A DNA stretch of 64,000 bases, taken from positions 22,702 through 86,701 of the forward strand of contig RBZT01000480.1 of assembly GCA_003693705.1 (NCBI GenBank), read 5' to 3'. Of the stretch, positions 63,341 to 64,000 are shown piece after piece. Source of the stretch: Polymyxa betae A26-41 (lineage: Eukaryota > Protista > Endomyxa: Phytomyxea). Below the pieces are notes generated by a model. The model was not told the origin of the DNA, made no database searches, and worked only from the letters and a program-made list of their open reading frames with translations. Made by a program: the position numbers and the translations under genes. Numbering within the stretch: the stretch's first letter is position 1; the number at the start of each line of letters is the position of its first letter.

Positions 63341-64000
63341 ATAAGCAGCCAGCAGGCTGACCCATCTTACGAAATGTCTGCCGATTTGTCTGTCTCTGGT
63401 GATGATCTCTCTCCATATAAGTGTAGAGACACCCCTTGGGGTGCCCCATACCATAGGACAGACTTCCCGCATGGGCTGCACCCATCAAGTCAAACCAGAT
63501 TTGTGGCTTCTCTCATTCTCCATTGGTGACAGATTTGCTCATAAATGCCTCAAGCTCCAAGCGTCACTGAAGACTTTAAATTTGCCCTTTGGCTGTAGAA
63601 ATCTCTCCATTGGTAAAATACAGGAGGCAATTCAATTCGACTCTGCTTTGAATGATTGATGAGCATTCTATGAATTTTGGTTTTGCAATATCATGATGAG
63701 GTTATTGATTGTTTAACATTGTGTGATTGTATGACTTCTAATGGTAATTCCACAGATAATAACAGATATTTCTCTAAGTTGAAAAGGCGAGCGATGATAG
63801 TTTAAATTTGAGAATTTCACTAAGAGGGTGGTCCAAGTAGAAAGAGGTACCGACGCTCTCTAAATCGACCAATAAATCGACCAATGCTCAATAAAACGAC
63901 CAATGCGTAAATACTGCGTGATGCACTGTTGAATCCCTGTTATCGCGCTGGATTTTATTTGCAAGCTGAACTTCATGTCATGGCAATGCAATCGCCATCT

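Larger units (their letters stand above)
54140..63455. repeat. Diverged tandem segmental duplication (units ~54140-57995 and ~59670-63455)
   Basis: Same order in both units: family C upstream region (TATGTAACACCAA.TCGACAGAAATAG), family C (+), family B (-), family B upstream region (TAGAGACACCCC...TTGGGGTG.CCC). Confidence 0.85.

Overview
Compact eukaryotic (protist) genomic DNA, roughly 40-45% GC by eye, with many ~45-55 bp GT-AG introns. Gene content and style suggest a plant-parasitic plasmodiophorid (Spongospora/Polymyxa-like), but this is inference only. Recognisable housekeeping genes are catalase, a UBC7/UBE2G-type E2, nuclear poly(A)-binding protein PABPN1, PP4 regulatory subunit 1, two tandem intronless APC amino-acid permeases, UDP-sugar pyrophosphorylase, GOT1, a short MTHFR lacking the regulatory domain, and tRNA-Thr(UGU). 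These alternate with orphan-rich islands (about 28.7-46 kb and 52-64 kb) of signal-peptide or membrane-anchor genes in three paralogue families. Family A is secreted, with an RxLR-like motif in one copy. Family B is a type-I membrane protein with LRR-like repeats and a conserved RKRRR site. Family C is N-anchored. A family C + family B pair is tandemly duplicated. Two TA-flanked TIR elements are present: a DD39D (plant-type) mariner remnant at 88-1106 and a 515-bp MITE at 61421-61935. The best novelty candidates are a secreted EarP-like GT-B glycosyltransferase gene with mosaic codon composition next to the mariner, and the co-duplicated family B/family C membrane-protein pair.
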